From a virus (lineage: Duplodnaviria; Caudoviricetes): a DNA stretch of 47,920 bases. Below, piece after piece: positions 9,172 through 17,551 of the stretch (the first letter of the stretch is position 1; each line of letters starts with the position of its first letter). The translations under genes and the position numbers were made by a program. Below the pieces are notes generated by a model. It worked only from the letters and a program-made list of their open reading frames with translations. It did no database searches and was not told where the DNA came from. The DNA is taken from IMG/VR virus record IMGVR_UViG_3300025387_000026, positions 1 to 47,920 of that record. The stretch is one strand, 5' to 3'.

Positions 9172-9290
9172 TTAGTACCAACTTAGTTCCCCGTAAAAAC
9201 CAGCAGTTCCCGCAACATACGGCATGGATAGCCGACATTGCAGGAACTAACAGGAACTAACAGGAACTAAACTGGAACTAAAAGGAACCA
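9172..9290. repeat. Iteron-like GGAACTAA repeats
   Basis: CAGGAACTAA x3 at 9241-9270, two variants after them, and inverted copies (TTAGTACC, TTAGTTCC) at ~9172-9190. Confidence 0.85.
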
Positions 9291-9299
9291 GCCTAAAAA

Positions 9300-9713
9300 T
9301 CAGACAATTTCGATTCCGGCAGGAGGGGAGTCCGGGCGGTAGTAGCCGTGATAGGTGGAGTGGCATACTAGGCCACGGTCAACCAGCTCCCGGAGGCCAT
9401 GTTTTTTGAAGAGGCGGCCCCTGTCTCCCACGACAGCGCCAAGAGCATCGGTACGATACGCTTTGCCCTCAAGAGCCTTCAGGATTCCCCTTTGGAAAGG
9501 GCTGGGCTGGAAGGGTATCCACTCTTCCTCTGGTGCCTCTGGTTCTTCTGAAGCAGCTGGAGCCACCTTGACTGGTGGTGATTGCAGGACCACCGGAATC
9601 GGTAGTCGGATTTGTTTCCCGGATCGCATCGTGACCCGCAATTCTTCCGGGAAATCCTGATAGTTTTGCCGGACAAATTCCGCGACAATCCCGATAACCT
9701 CATCCAGACTCAT
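9300..9713 (-). CDS. Winged-helix DNA-binding protein (putative)
   Basis: PSPFQRGILKALEGK...L.ELVDRGLV.....GYY; GGAGG RBS. Confidence 0.65.
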   Translation of the reverse strand: MSLDEVIGIVAEFVRQNYQDFPEELRVTMRSGKQIRLPIPVVLQSPPVKVAPAASEEPEAPEEEWIPFQPSPFQRGILKALEGKAYRTDALGAVVGDRGRLFKKHGLRELVDRGLVCHSTYHGYYRPDSPPAGIEIV

Positions 9714-9874
9714 GCGGCGACCCTCCAGCGTATTCCGGTGCAGCTGCTGGTATATGCAGCACCGCAACCAGATTCCTCCCTATTTTTGCGGGGTTTATAC
9801 TGAACCATTGTACACTATCGATTAGGGGCGGGTGCAGGTCAGAAAAAAAAAGAAAAGATTTTCTTAAAAGACTA

Positions 9875-9903
9875 TTGACTACTACCAGACCAGAGGCTAG
9901 TAT
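9875..9903 (+). promoter_or_regulatory. Sigma70-like promoter for the + strand immunity-region operon
   Basis: TTGACT-17bp-TAGTAT. Confidence 0.6.
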
Positions 9904-9944
9904 ACAGGTGTGAGACAAACGCAAACCAAACAGGAGAATGAAAG

Positions 9945-10073
9945 ATGAACGAAGTGAGCGAAACGATTGAAGCCCTGAACAATGTCCTAGTCCAAATCCA
10001 GATTGCAAAATTAGCTGATCTGCTGGAACAGATTCGGCAAGCCAAAAAAAATGATTCAGCGGAAAACAACTAA
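9945..10073 (+). CDS. Small helical protein (42 aa, not in the ORF track)
   Basis: AGGAG RBS; MNEVSETIEALNNVLVQIQIAKLADLLEQIRQAKK...; followed by a GC hairpin at 10084-10110. Confidence 0.6.
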   Translation: MNEVSETIEALNNVLVQIQIAKLADLLEQIRQAKKNDSAENN

Positions 10074-10183
10074 CTTGAACAGGTTCGCCCCCGGTCATCT
10101 GGCCGGGGCGACAAAGAGTAACCCGGAGTGTTGCCGGAAAAGTGTTTTTTTTAGGTTCGATTTTTACACGAAAGGGGAATGAA

Positions 10184-10432
10184 ATGAAAGCAGATTATTC
10201 AGTACACCGACACATATTGGAAAAGCTGGCTCGGAAATGGTCAGACAGATGGACCTGCCAGATAGTCGCAGCGGAAAGCCGGTCTAAAGAATTAAGGCTG
10301 ATCGAAAAAGCAGCAAAAAACAGATCGGCCATGATAGCCGAGATCGAAACCAGCGACGAAGATAACGCCTATTACATTGCTGAATGTGATAGGCTATTGA
10401 ATCTGGACCATTACATCAAGAAAGCAATGTAA
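10184..10432 (+). CDS. Hypothetical protein
   Basis: AAGGGG RBS, 82 aa. Confidence 0.65.
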   Translation: MKADYSVHRHILEKLARKWSDRWTCQIVAAESRSKELRLIEKAAKNRSAMIAEIETSDEDNAYYIAECDRLLNLDHYIKKAM

Positions 10433-10434
10433 CC

Positions 10435-10647
10435 ATGAAAAAACAGCCCCGAACGTTTGGACAACACCTCGCCGAACTGCGACAGAAGCAAGGGCTATCA
10501 ATATACAAACTCTCCCTGATGTCCGGAGTGGAACAGATGTCTATCAGCCGCTACGAATCAGGGGTCAGGCAGCCGCTGTTCAGCAGTGTGCAGAAACTGG
10601 CCAAGGCTCTCAAAGTAAGTATTGCCACTTTTGAAGAAGATCTTTAA
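10435..10647 (+). CDS. XRE/Cro-family HTH regulator
   Basis: L.ELR...GLS..KL....GV....ISRYESG.RQP......KLA.AL.V. Confidence 0.92.
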   Translation: MKKQPRTFGQHLAELRQKQGLSIYKLSLMSGVEQMSISRYESGVRQPLFSSVQKLAKALKVSIATFEEDL

Positions 10648-10671
10648 GTTAGATATCAGCTACCGTTTCAG

Positions 10672-10708
10672 AAGGGGTTCCGGCTCGTTGCCGGGACCCC
10701 TTTTTTTT
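10672..10708 (+). terminator. Rho-independent terminator
   Basis: AAGGGGTTCCGGC..GCCGGGACCCCTT followed by a T run; lies between convergent genes. Confidence 0.85.
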
Positions 10709-10712
10709 GCTA

Positions 10713-11903
10713 TCAACCTATTTTAGCAATCGCTTCAAAAGCCGCTTTCAGGTCTCTTTCCACATAAACCGACGTAGCAGACAAACTGGAGTGGCCGCAT
10801 ACCACCCGCGAGACCTCTGCGCCGAATTCCCTTGATAGGAGCGTTGAAGCCGTGTGCCGGAGCTGGTGAGGGTGCCAGTGAGGTACACCGGCTTTTCTCG
10901 CCGCCACGGTCACGGCAGCAGCGTAAGCGCTGGTGGAATAGGACAAGCCGAACCGCTTTTTTGACCTGGGGCGGGATTTTCTCAACTCCGCTGGCACGAA
11001 CACATTTTTTCCCGCATCCCGTGGCAGGTATCGTCGTAGCACTTCGATTGCTTTTGGCCCGCACGGAATCACCCGGCTTTTTCCCCGGTGGGCAGTTTTA
11101 TGTTGAGGGGGCAGGATTGCCCAGCATCCTGCAGGAAGGGCGAAAATGCCTTTGGTAATGGCTTCCAGCCGCGTTCCGGTCTGGTCTATCTGATCGGGAG
11201 TCAGGGAGCAAATCTCCCCCGGTCTGGAGCCGGTCAGGAGCTGGAGCCGGATCATGTCCGCGACCGTGGAAGAGCATTGTGCCAGGGTAGCTTCCACGAC
11301 CGACAGCGGAACCGGGCCGATTTCCTCTGGCTCGTAGGTGCCATGTTGTCCGGGACGAAGAGCCTCCACCAATGCCAACTCGGAGGGGACAGTAGCGGGT
11401 ATCAGTTTGCGCTGTCCTGCCCAACGAAACATCTTGCGGATTCTGGCGATGTGTTTATTGATCTGACTGCAGCACCACGGACGACTGTTTTTGTGAGCGA
11501 GTTCCGTGAGAGTCTTCCATTCATTTCCGGCCATCGCTTTTTGCAAAGACTCAAGAGCCATGCCATCGAACTGGCTGGCCTGCGTCGATCCATAGAGCCG
11601 ATGCAATGGCCTGAACGCCATGACATGATTCTGGACCTCGCTGGTGGCAGAACCATCGGACCTCCTGTAACGGACCTCCACCACCTGTTCCAGGTAAAGG
11701 GCGATTAGGTCGTCTATCGATGTGTGAAGGTGGACCCGGACCACCTGCTGATTCTGGTGCCGGCGAATCAGCTCAAGCCGTGCCGCCTCAGCCTCTGCCT
11801 CGCTGACCTGATCCACTTTACCCAGATAGAAAAACCGTTGATCCAGCCGGATGTACCACCGGTTAGTCTTTTGATGGATGCAGAGTTTCGGAAGGTGCTT
11901 CAT
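10713..11903 (-). CDS. int: Tyrosine recombinase/integrase
   Basis: TGSRPGE (R), HKT (K), HQLRH (HxxR), GH, and SVY catalytic Tyr. Confidence 0.95.
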   Translation of the reverse strand: MKHLPKLCIHQKTNRWYIRLDQRFFYLGKVDQVSEAEAEAARLELIRRHQNQQVVRVHLHTSIDDLIALYLEQVVEVRYRRSDGSATSEVQNHVMAFRPLHRLYGSTQASQFDGMALESLQKAMAGNEWKTLTELAHKNSRPWCCSQINKHIARIRKMFRWAGQRKLIPATVPSELALVEALRPGQHGTYEPEEIGPVPLSVVEATLAQCSSTVADMIRLQLLTGSRPGEICSLTPDQIDQTGTRLEAITKGIFALPAGCWAILPPQHKTAHRGKSRVIPCGPKAIEVLRRYLPRDAGKNVFVPAELRKSRPRSKKRFGLSYSTSAYAAAVTVAARKAGVPHWHPHQLRHTASTLLSREFGAEVSRVVCGHSSLSATSVYVERDLKAAFEAIAKIG

Positions 11904-11910
11904 GACCGAT

Positions 11911-12195
11911 TAGTGTCAGTGACACTACTTTTCTGGCTTCGTCGTTGCGTTGGGAAGGGGAGGAAGATCGTCGTAACTGCTGGCCCTGTAGCGGTTTGAA
12001 GAAGCTCCCCGAGTAGGACTCGAACCTACAACAAACCGGTTAACAGGCGACTCATCCGCGTTGCGAAAATCTCTTTATCCCCTTGTATGATATGATGATG
12101 CGCCGAAATGACTTCGCTGTCAATGGTTCTGTTTTTCGTACGAAAACGCCTATTTTTTAAGTGTCAAGCCGTGGAATAGTGTCAAAATGGTGTCA
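11911..12195. promoter_or_regulatory. Integrase arm-type sites flanking attP
   Basis: TAGTGTC-AGT-GACACTA inverted repeat at 11911-11927; RGTGTCA direct repeats at 12160, 12178 and 12189. Confidence 0.7.
12005..12046 (-). other. attP core: 3' half of tRNA-Asn(GTT)
   Basis: - strand reads CTGTTAACCGG-TTTGTT-GTAGGTTCGAGTCCTAC-TCGGGGAG (anticodon loop, T-arm, acceptor 3' strand). The 5' half is absent. Confidence 0.85.
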
Positions 12196-12280
12196 GAGAG
12201 AAGAGGTTGACAATTGAACAGGTATGTCTTAAAAATGATGAAGGAGAATCGTGAAGCCCGGTTCTTCAGCTGATTACTGA

Positions 12281-12312
12281 GCCGCTCCCCTTGTTGGGGG
12301 GCGGTTTTTTTT
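12281..12312 (+). terminator. Rho-independent terminator
   Basis: GCCGCTCCCC-loop-GGGGGCGGT followed by a T run. Confidence 0.8.
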
Positions 12313-12421
12313 ATGCTTATGATTACTAACTTTCGGGTGTCCAGAATCGCCGGTAGGCCAGTACGCCCGGTAAAGGAGTAAACCCGGATGTACTGGCGGT
12401 CCCGGAGGTAGGAGTCGCAGT

Positions 12422-13024
12422 TTAATTCAATCCGGCTGATCGGGCAATTCTGTCAACCGCTGACCATCCAGAAGCGAAAATTTTTAAAGGTTCTTGCATT
12501 CCTTCGATGCCTTCCAGTTTTTTCATCATTGTCAGATAGTGCTTCCTCGCGGAGTCGTATCGACGTTGCTCCAGGTTTCGCGTCTGATGCTGGTCATCCT
12601 CGCTATCCAGTTCTTCCTCATCCCGTAGGAACTCCTCCAGTTGTTCCTCGTGGGTGAGATCGGCAAACCGCTTCGCGTCGGGTGGTGCGGGTGGTGGTGC
12701 GGGCATTCGCCTTGCGTCCATTTCTGTTTTTGGCATGGACGATTGCCTGACAGGACTGTCGTCCGTTTTGTTGCCGCGCGGCAACATTTTGACCGAGATA
12801 GCGTCTACCTTTTCCGCTGCGTTCATCAGTCGATAGGAATAGTTTCGGCTTATCTGCCATCGTTCCTCGCAGTAAGATTCCCATGTCTCATGGGAAATTC
12901 TGTACAACTTTCTTTCATTGATCTCCGACAATGCCCGCCCTATCCTTAGAAAAGTAGGCAGGCCTTCAGCAATCTCCTTTTCCAACCTTTTCAGGTCGGC
13001 ATGGTCTTTCGATGTCAGGTTCAT
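12422..13024 (-). CDS. DUF3102-like DNA-binding protein
   Basis: IG.AL.EI..RKLY.....TW..YC..RW.ISR.Y.YRL..AA motif. Confidence 0.7.
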   Translation of the reverse strand: MNLTSKDHADLKRLEKEIAEGLPTFLRIGRALSEINERKLYRISHETWESYCEERWQISRNYSYRLMNAAEKVDAISVKMLPRGNKTDDSPVRQSSMPKTEMDARRMPAPPPAPPDAKRFADLTHEEQLEEFLRDEEELDSEDDQHQTRNLEQRRYDSARKHYLTMMKKLEGIEGMQEPLKIFASGWSAVDRIARSAGLN

Positions 13025-13485
13025 TGGTGTTTCTTCTCTCCTTTGAAAATAACGTCCCCGCTGATGTTCTTTTTGCGTCCTGTGGCCTCTACTCCCGCGC
13101 TCGGCATGTCAATCTGATCCTCTGGATGCCAGAGGCTTAGACCCTCCTTATATCGCCGCCTGAGGACCTTGATTCTGGTTTCCCGTTTGAGAGTTTTAAA
13201 TGGTCGGTCCAACTCGGTTCGATCTTCAATCTCTTTGCCAAAAGCTAGCAACAGGAGCCAAGCCCATTCGGTACGATTGCTCTGATCAGTTCGCGCTGTG
13301 TCCGGAAATTGGCTGTACCACTCTTCAGGGCTGAGGCCGTCGGGAGCGTATTCGCGCTGGTGCTTGCAGGGAGGGTAAAAAGGTGAACCCGTTGCATCAT
13401 GGGTAGGTGATGAATCGCAGTCGCAAATCGCGTCTGGTATTTCAAGGTCAAGCAGTTGCTCGCGTGTCCATTTTCTATCGGCCAT
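13021..13485 (-). CDS. Hypothetical protein
   Basis: 154 aa, AAGGAG RBS. Confidence 0.7.
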   Translation of the reverse strand: MADRKWTREQLLDLEIPDAICDCDSSPTHDATGSPFYPPCKHQREYAPDGLSPEEWYSQFPDTARTDQSNRTEWAWLLLLAFGKEIEDRTELDRPFKTLKRETRIKVLRRRYKEGLSLWHPEDQIDMPSAGVEATGRKKNISGDVIFKGEKKHQ

Positions 13486-13524
13486 CCATTCTCCTTTTGA
13501 TAAGATTGGAATAACCGAGGCCGA

Positions 13525-13740
13525 TTAGCCTGGAGGGATGTTGGGATTCCCTTCAGGCTTCTTTTTTTCCAAGAATCTCGCAGCGAAACATGAAGCAGGA
13601 AGCGTGTATAATTTACGGTTAGGATATTGATAAAGGACCATTTCCCGCTGCGTTTGGCCGCACGTCACGAATCCGCAACATCTCACCCGGATACCTCCAT
13701 TATCCAGATAAATTTTGCCGATCTGGATGGATTCCAGCAT
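13525..13740 (-). CDS. DUF1653-like small protein
   Basis: G.IY....G.......T...MVLY.....LY..P...F..RF pattern. Confidence 0.55.
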   Translation of the reverse strand: MLESIQIGKIYLDNGGIRVRCCGFVTCGQTQREMVLYQYPNRKLYTLPASCFAARFLEKKKPEGNPNIPPG

Positions 13741-13756
13741 GGTTCCCCCTGAATGG

Positions 13757-13791
13757 AAAAAGGGCCGGGCAAGTACCCGGCCCCCTGTTTT
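13757..13791 (-). terminator. Probable terminator at the end of the late operon
   Basis: GGGCCGGG-TACTTG-CCCGGCCC-TTTT on the - strand. Confidence 0.6.
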
Positions 13792-13796
13792 CCGGA

Positions 13797-14144
13797 TCAG
13801 TCGGCAAAATCAATTGAAACACTGACAGGACCATGGACAACACTGTCGGAGCTTTCCCCCATGCCCAGAATCCCGGCCAGCAGGACGGGCAAGGCAGCAT
13901 CTACAGCCCTATTGAGGACCTGGAGGCAGAACACCATGGAGGGGTGCCCAACGTGCGTTTCCAGGAGTGTAAAAAGCTTGTCCACGACTGCTTTAGGATC
14001 CAGTCCCACCCATGCTTTAATCACGGTTGGCAGGGCAAGGTCTGCTACGCTTTTGATCATCGGGATCACTGGAGCCAACAGTTTGCACCTGGATCCAAAC
14101 TGGAAAATCGAGTCAACCAATTGTATAATCTGAGCTTCAGTCAT
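13797..14144 (-). CDS. Hypothetical hydrophobic protein
   Basis: 115 aa, GAGGTG RBS. Confidence 0.7.
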   Translation of the reverse strand: MTEAQIIQLVDSIFQFGSRCKLLAPVIPMIKSVADLALPTVIKAWVGLDPKAVVDKLFTLLETHVGHPSMVFCLQVLNRAVDAALPVLLAGILGMGESSDSVVHGPVSVSIDFAD

Positions 14145-14158
14145 TTTTCACCTCTGGG

Positions 14159-14461
14159 TTATCGGGAACAGCGACCATTGACACACCCTGCCGCGACAGG
14201 GAAGACGATTGGAGTTGTTACTGGCTGGACAATAGGAGCAGATACCACCGGATAGACCGACTGATAGGCCTGTTGCACGGGATAGGCAACAGGAGCCTGA
14301 TAGACTGGCCCTGATGCGGTGCAATTGCCGTTCGTGCAGACCACTGGAGCCACGGAACAGGAGCCACCTGAGCAGGAGGAAGTCCGGGAGAATCGCCAGC
14401 CAGCATGGGCATGGGAAACCAGCAGAACAGCGATTAAACCAGCAAGAAGAGTCCTTTTCAT
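14159..14461 (-). CDS. Secreted Cys/Pro/Val-rich small protein
   Basis: Signal peptide MKRTLLAGLIAVLLVSHAHA; three CxxGxC motifs (CSGGSC, CTNGNC, CVNGRC). Confidence 0.75.
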   Translation of the reverse strand: MKRTLLAGLIAVLLVSHAHAGWRFSRTSSCSGGSCSVAPVVCTNGNCTASGPVYQAPVAYPVQQAYQSVYPVVSAPIVQPVTTPIVFPVAAGCVNGRCSR

Positions 14462-14567
14462 TTCAATCATCCTCTAAGTCAGTGACACCGTACCCGGCCA
14501 CCGCTGACAGGGTACAAATGTCCAGATGATTAACAGGATAGATACCTGTTCTGAAAAATGGTAGGCC

Positions 14568-15395
14568 TTAATTGGTTGAAGAAGTAACAAGTCGAGGAGC
14601 TGTAGCACTGTCAGGAATAGCCCTGCTTCCCTTGAGGACGCCCATGCCACGATCCGACCACCTATCGCCCCAACTGTTGAGGATGCGAACACCAAAGGAG
14701 CCTGGTTCCGGTTCAACGAGATCGAGCAAGCAAACGCTGTGGCCCCACCAGTGGAAATCCCCGACAACAGGAATACGCGATAAAAGCAGGGTAGCCACCT
14801 GATCGAAAGTCAAATGCCGATCGTATAGTTCACGGTCCAAATCATACCAGCCCGCAAGACAGCGATGGAGCTTAGCATTTTCCCATGTATTACTGTTGTC
14901 ATTGCCCCTGTTTACGCTCTGCATCGGCCAATACTGGGAACTGGGAACGCCAGCCTGGCAGATAAAATCAAGAGACTGCGCCCCCCACCCGCCTTCGTCG
15001 CGGAAATCTTTAATTTTGCAAGCCACAGCATAGGCTGAAAGAGGGATATACGGTTCTCCCATCACGGCTCGCGTCATCATAATGGCCGCTGTACTGCTAT
15101 GTGCCCAGCAGTAGCCCCGGCCATTTTGATCGAGAGATGGAATCATGTCGCCTGCGTTTCCCCGGAGTCGAATATCGGAAAGCCGAGAGCCAGTCCGCTC
15201 CATTTCTTTGATTCTGTCGGACCATTCAGACCGGGGAATCAGCGGCAGATCAGGCAGAGCCCGCATGGTGGTAGGACCTTCCTTGGACCGCTCACGGGGA
15301 ATACAGCCGGTGCGCTGATAGACTCCATCGACCATGGTATCGATATGCGTGCCAAAATTGTTGTCATCAATCACGATTTCATTCGGCCTGATCAT
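14568..15395 (-). CDS. Papain-like (C1) cysteine peptidase
   Basis: DQNGRGYCWAHS (Q, C), WGHSV (H), ILNSWG (N). Confidence 0.88.
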   Translation of the reverse strand: MIRPNEIVIDDNNFGTHIDTMVDGVYQRTGCIPRERSKEGPTTMRALPDLPLIPRSEWSDRIKEMERTGSRLSDIRLRGNAGDMIPSLDQNGRGYCWAHSSTAAIMMTRAVMGEPYIPLSAYAVACKIKDFRDEGGWGAQSLDFICQAGVPSSQYWPMQSVNRGNDNSNTWENAKLHRCLAGWYDLDRELYDRHLTFDQVATLLLSRIPVVGDFHWWGHSVCLLDLVEPEPGSFGVRILNSWGDRWSDRGMGVLKGSRAIPDSATAPRLVTSSTN

Positions 15396-15487
15396 ATATT
15401 CACTCCGGGCAGATTGTTTCAAATATCCAGTAAATCCCGATCACTATTGCGCAAAAGGCAGCCCACAAATAAACCGTGTCGAAGTAA

Positions 15488-15604
15488 CTAAGGTTTTCCA
15501 CGAAGCATCCTCATTAGCCAGTCTATCAGGAACCATGCCAGCAGGATTGCAGACATGGCTATCACAAAAAGGCAGTAAAACACAAGGAAATCAAATAGCC
15601 CCAT
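15488..15604 (-). CDS. Small single-TM protein (38 aa, not in the ORF track)
   Basis: MGLFDFLVFYCLFVIAMSAILLAWFLIDWLMRMLRGKP; starts right after the upstream stop. Confidence 0.55.
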   Translation of the reverse strand: MGLFDFLVFYCLFVIAMSAILLAWFLIDWLMRMLRGKP

Positions 15605-15973
15605 TTAACCCCCGTAGCATCCAACGATAAACAGGACGATCAAATGGAATGTGTTGTCTACGGCGACGATTGACCAAGGAAAAAATGGTCCTTCCTTGTT
15701 TGCGAAATCTTTTTGATCAGATATTTTTGTCATCCATAAGAAAGCGAGTCGATACCTGTCAAATGGATAATGTGCTATTCCGATTACAGGAAAAACCCAT
15801 AAAGGAAGGCACCAACCGCAAAAAACAAAACAGCCTAAAGTGTAAAATAAGCAGTGAATCAAACAGGCCAAACGGCCTTCTTTTGTTGGCATTGCTTTGT
15901 TTTTAGCCTGCCAGTCATTTTGCAAAATATAGTCGCCAACCAGATGCCCTAAAAGCAAAGAAAAACCGATCAT
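15605..15973 (-). CDS. DUF3307-family membrane protein
   Basis: GHLVGDY.LQ....K...H...Y...H...D...DNTFH; AT-rich. Confidence 0.8.
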   Translation of the reverse strand: MIGFSLLLGHLVGDYILQNDWQAKNKAMPTKEGRLACLIHCLFYTLGCFVFCGWCLPLWVFPVIGIAHYPFDRYRLAFLWMTKISDQKDFANKEGPFFPWSIVAVDNTFHLIVLFIVGCYGG

Positions 15974-15975
15974 TA

Positions 15976-16698
15976 TTAGCCCCCATACCTCTTGAGCAGT
16001 GCGAGAAAATCCGCTTCTGTCGTTGGTAACGGGCCCTCATAGCCTTTGCTGCCGTCGCTCACGATCAGCCAAGGAAGGCTTTTTCGTGGCCGTTTCATGG
16101 CTTCCACCCACAAGGCCCCATCGGCTGATGGATCAATCTTGGCATCGAAAAACCTCCATTCCGGAGTTTTCATATCCTGCCCACGGATGCAACGGGCGTT
16201 CAAGTATTCGCTGACAGCCTTGGAAAACAATGCGTTTTGCTGTGCTGCTGGCAACGTAGTCACCGTAAGCGTGTCGTAAATCACTAGCACCCGGAACCCC
16301 GGAGCAGGAATCGGAGCAGGGTCGGCAGGCGTCGGTGGTGTCGGTGCCGGTGGAGTAGGCTGAGGCCCGGGTCCGGGAGCCGGATCAGTCTGGCCGGTAA
16401 TCACGATCTCAGTTTCTGCAATATCGCTCGGCCCGCTTGCGTCGCTGGTGACTGCAAAAAGCCTGTATTTGCCGGGTTTTGTTGCTGTCACAATGGCTGT
16501 TTTCGTGTCTTTCAATTGATCCATCGGGAACAATTTCAACTCTCGGTTATAAGATTTCCACTTAACTACGGTTCCAGTAGTTGTTGCGGAAACCCTGAGA
16601 AAGTCCCCTGGTTCACCAGTGATAGTAGCCGGAAGGGTGAGATCGGCAGCATAGGTGCTGCCTGCAAGCAAAAAGATGAAAAGACATGTTCGTAACAT
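15976..16698 (-). CDS. Secreted protein: Ig-like domain, Pro linker, thioredoxin-like C-terminal domain
   Basis: Signal peptide, PGKYRL, PAPGPGPQPTPP linker, LPWLIV...G.LP. Confidence 0.75.
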   Translation of the reverse strand: MLRTCLFIFLLAGSTYAADLTLPATITGEPGDFLRVSATTTGTVVKWKSYNRELKLFPMDQLKDTKTAIVTATKPGKYRLFAVTSDASGPSDIAETEIVITGQTDPAPGPGPQPTPPAPTPPTPADPAPIPAPGFRVLVIYDTLTVTTLPAAQQNALFSKAVSEYLNARCIRGQDMKTPEWRFFDAKIDPSADGALWVEAMKRPRKSLPWLIVSDGSKGYEGPLPTTEADFLALLKRYGG

Positions 16699-16701
16699 GA
16701 T

Positions 16702-16941
16702 TTATTCCCCGAAAAAAATGATTTTTAACCACTGCAATGCTGAGGGGCTTTGAATGATCGCTTTGGAAGCATGAACCATGGCCAATTCATGCTGAATTCG
16801 CAGCAGATTGTTTGCAGAGACTGCTTGTTCATGAGCAGAATCAAGGAGCCTGATCGTGATAGGATGTCCCGCATTATCGTCTTTTGCGATGTTTGCGGCG
16901 ACATCCAAAACAGCTTTGATCTGATCTACAGTCAAATTCAT
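16702..16941 (-). CDS. Hypothetical protein
   Basis: 79 aa, overlaps the upstream stop. Confidence 0.65.
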   Translation of the reverse strand: MNLTVDQIKAVLDVAANIAKDDNAGHPITIRLLDSAHEQAVSANNLLRIQHELAMVHASKAIIQSPSALQWLKIIFFGE

Positions 16942-17069
16942 TTCTTTTTGGCCTTTCCAGCCTTATTCAAAGCAATTGCAACAGCCTGCTTTTCAGGCTT
17001 GCCAGCCTTAACTTCGGTTTTGATATTCTTGCTTACAGTTTCTTTTGAAGAACCTTTTTTAAGTGGCAT
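16938..17069 (-). CDS. Small basic protein (MPLKKG...QAVAIAL family)
   Basis: [27 protein letters not shown], a recurrent phage small-protein motif. Confidence 0.75.
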   Translation of the reverse strand: MPLKKGSSKETVSKNIKTEVKAGKPEKQAVAIALNKAGKAKKK

Positions 17070-17071
17070 GA

Positions 17072-17290
17072 TTACCCTTTCTTCTTCTTGCTTTTCGCTC
17101 CGGAACATCCCCACGCCTTGCGACGTTTGCAATTCGTGGTGTTCTTGTCCGCGCCGGAACAATCGACCTTGTGTTCCGTGCCATCCGGACCATTCACCTT
17201 TTGTGAACGTGCGCAATAGGAATCGCCTTTCTTGGTGCCGGGCTTGGCGACGTAGTTGTGTTTCTTGCCTTCAGAGTCCTTGTATCCCAT
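17072..17290 (-). CDS. Small basic protein (SYCARS...W.C family, DUF6321-like)
   Basis: [13 protein letters not shown]...RRKAWGC. Confidence 0.7.
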   Translation of the reverse strand: MGYKDSEGKKHNYVAKPGTKKGDSYCARSQKVNGPDGTEHKVDCSGADKNTTNCKRRKAWGCSGAKSKKKKG

Positions 17291-17305
17291 GGATCAATCC
17301 TTTAT

Positions 17306-17551
17306 TCAGGAGGGTTCGTTACACTGCTTAGGCGACGGTGAATACTGCTGCTGTTGGGTTTGTACCCTTTGATACGCATTGGACGGGGTAACAAGGATGC
17401 CCACCAGAGCGCCCGCAACCATGGACGATATTGATCCAAGGGTAGGCGGTATTTCATGCCCCAGAGATGCCGCCAATATGATGCCGCTGATACAGAGACC
17501 ACAAATGGCAGAAAGGCAAAAAATAACCAGTCGCAAGATAGATACATCCAT
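17306..17551 (-). CDS. Putative holin (2 TM)
   Basis: Two hydrophobic helices; first gene after the tail fibre. Confidence 0.55.
   Translation of the reverse strand: MDVSILRLVIFCLSAICGLCISGIILAASLGHEIPPTLGSISSMVAGALVGILVTPSNAYQRVQTQQQQYSPSPKQCNEPS

Noticed and set aside
9241-9290. CRISPR mini-array
   Set aside because: The 10-bp units abut one another with no spacers.
12005-12080. Complete tRNA-Asn gene
   Set aside because: The 5' acceptor strand, D-arm and 5' anticodon stem do not pair; only the 3' half is present.
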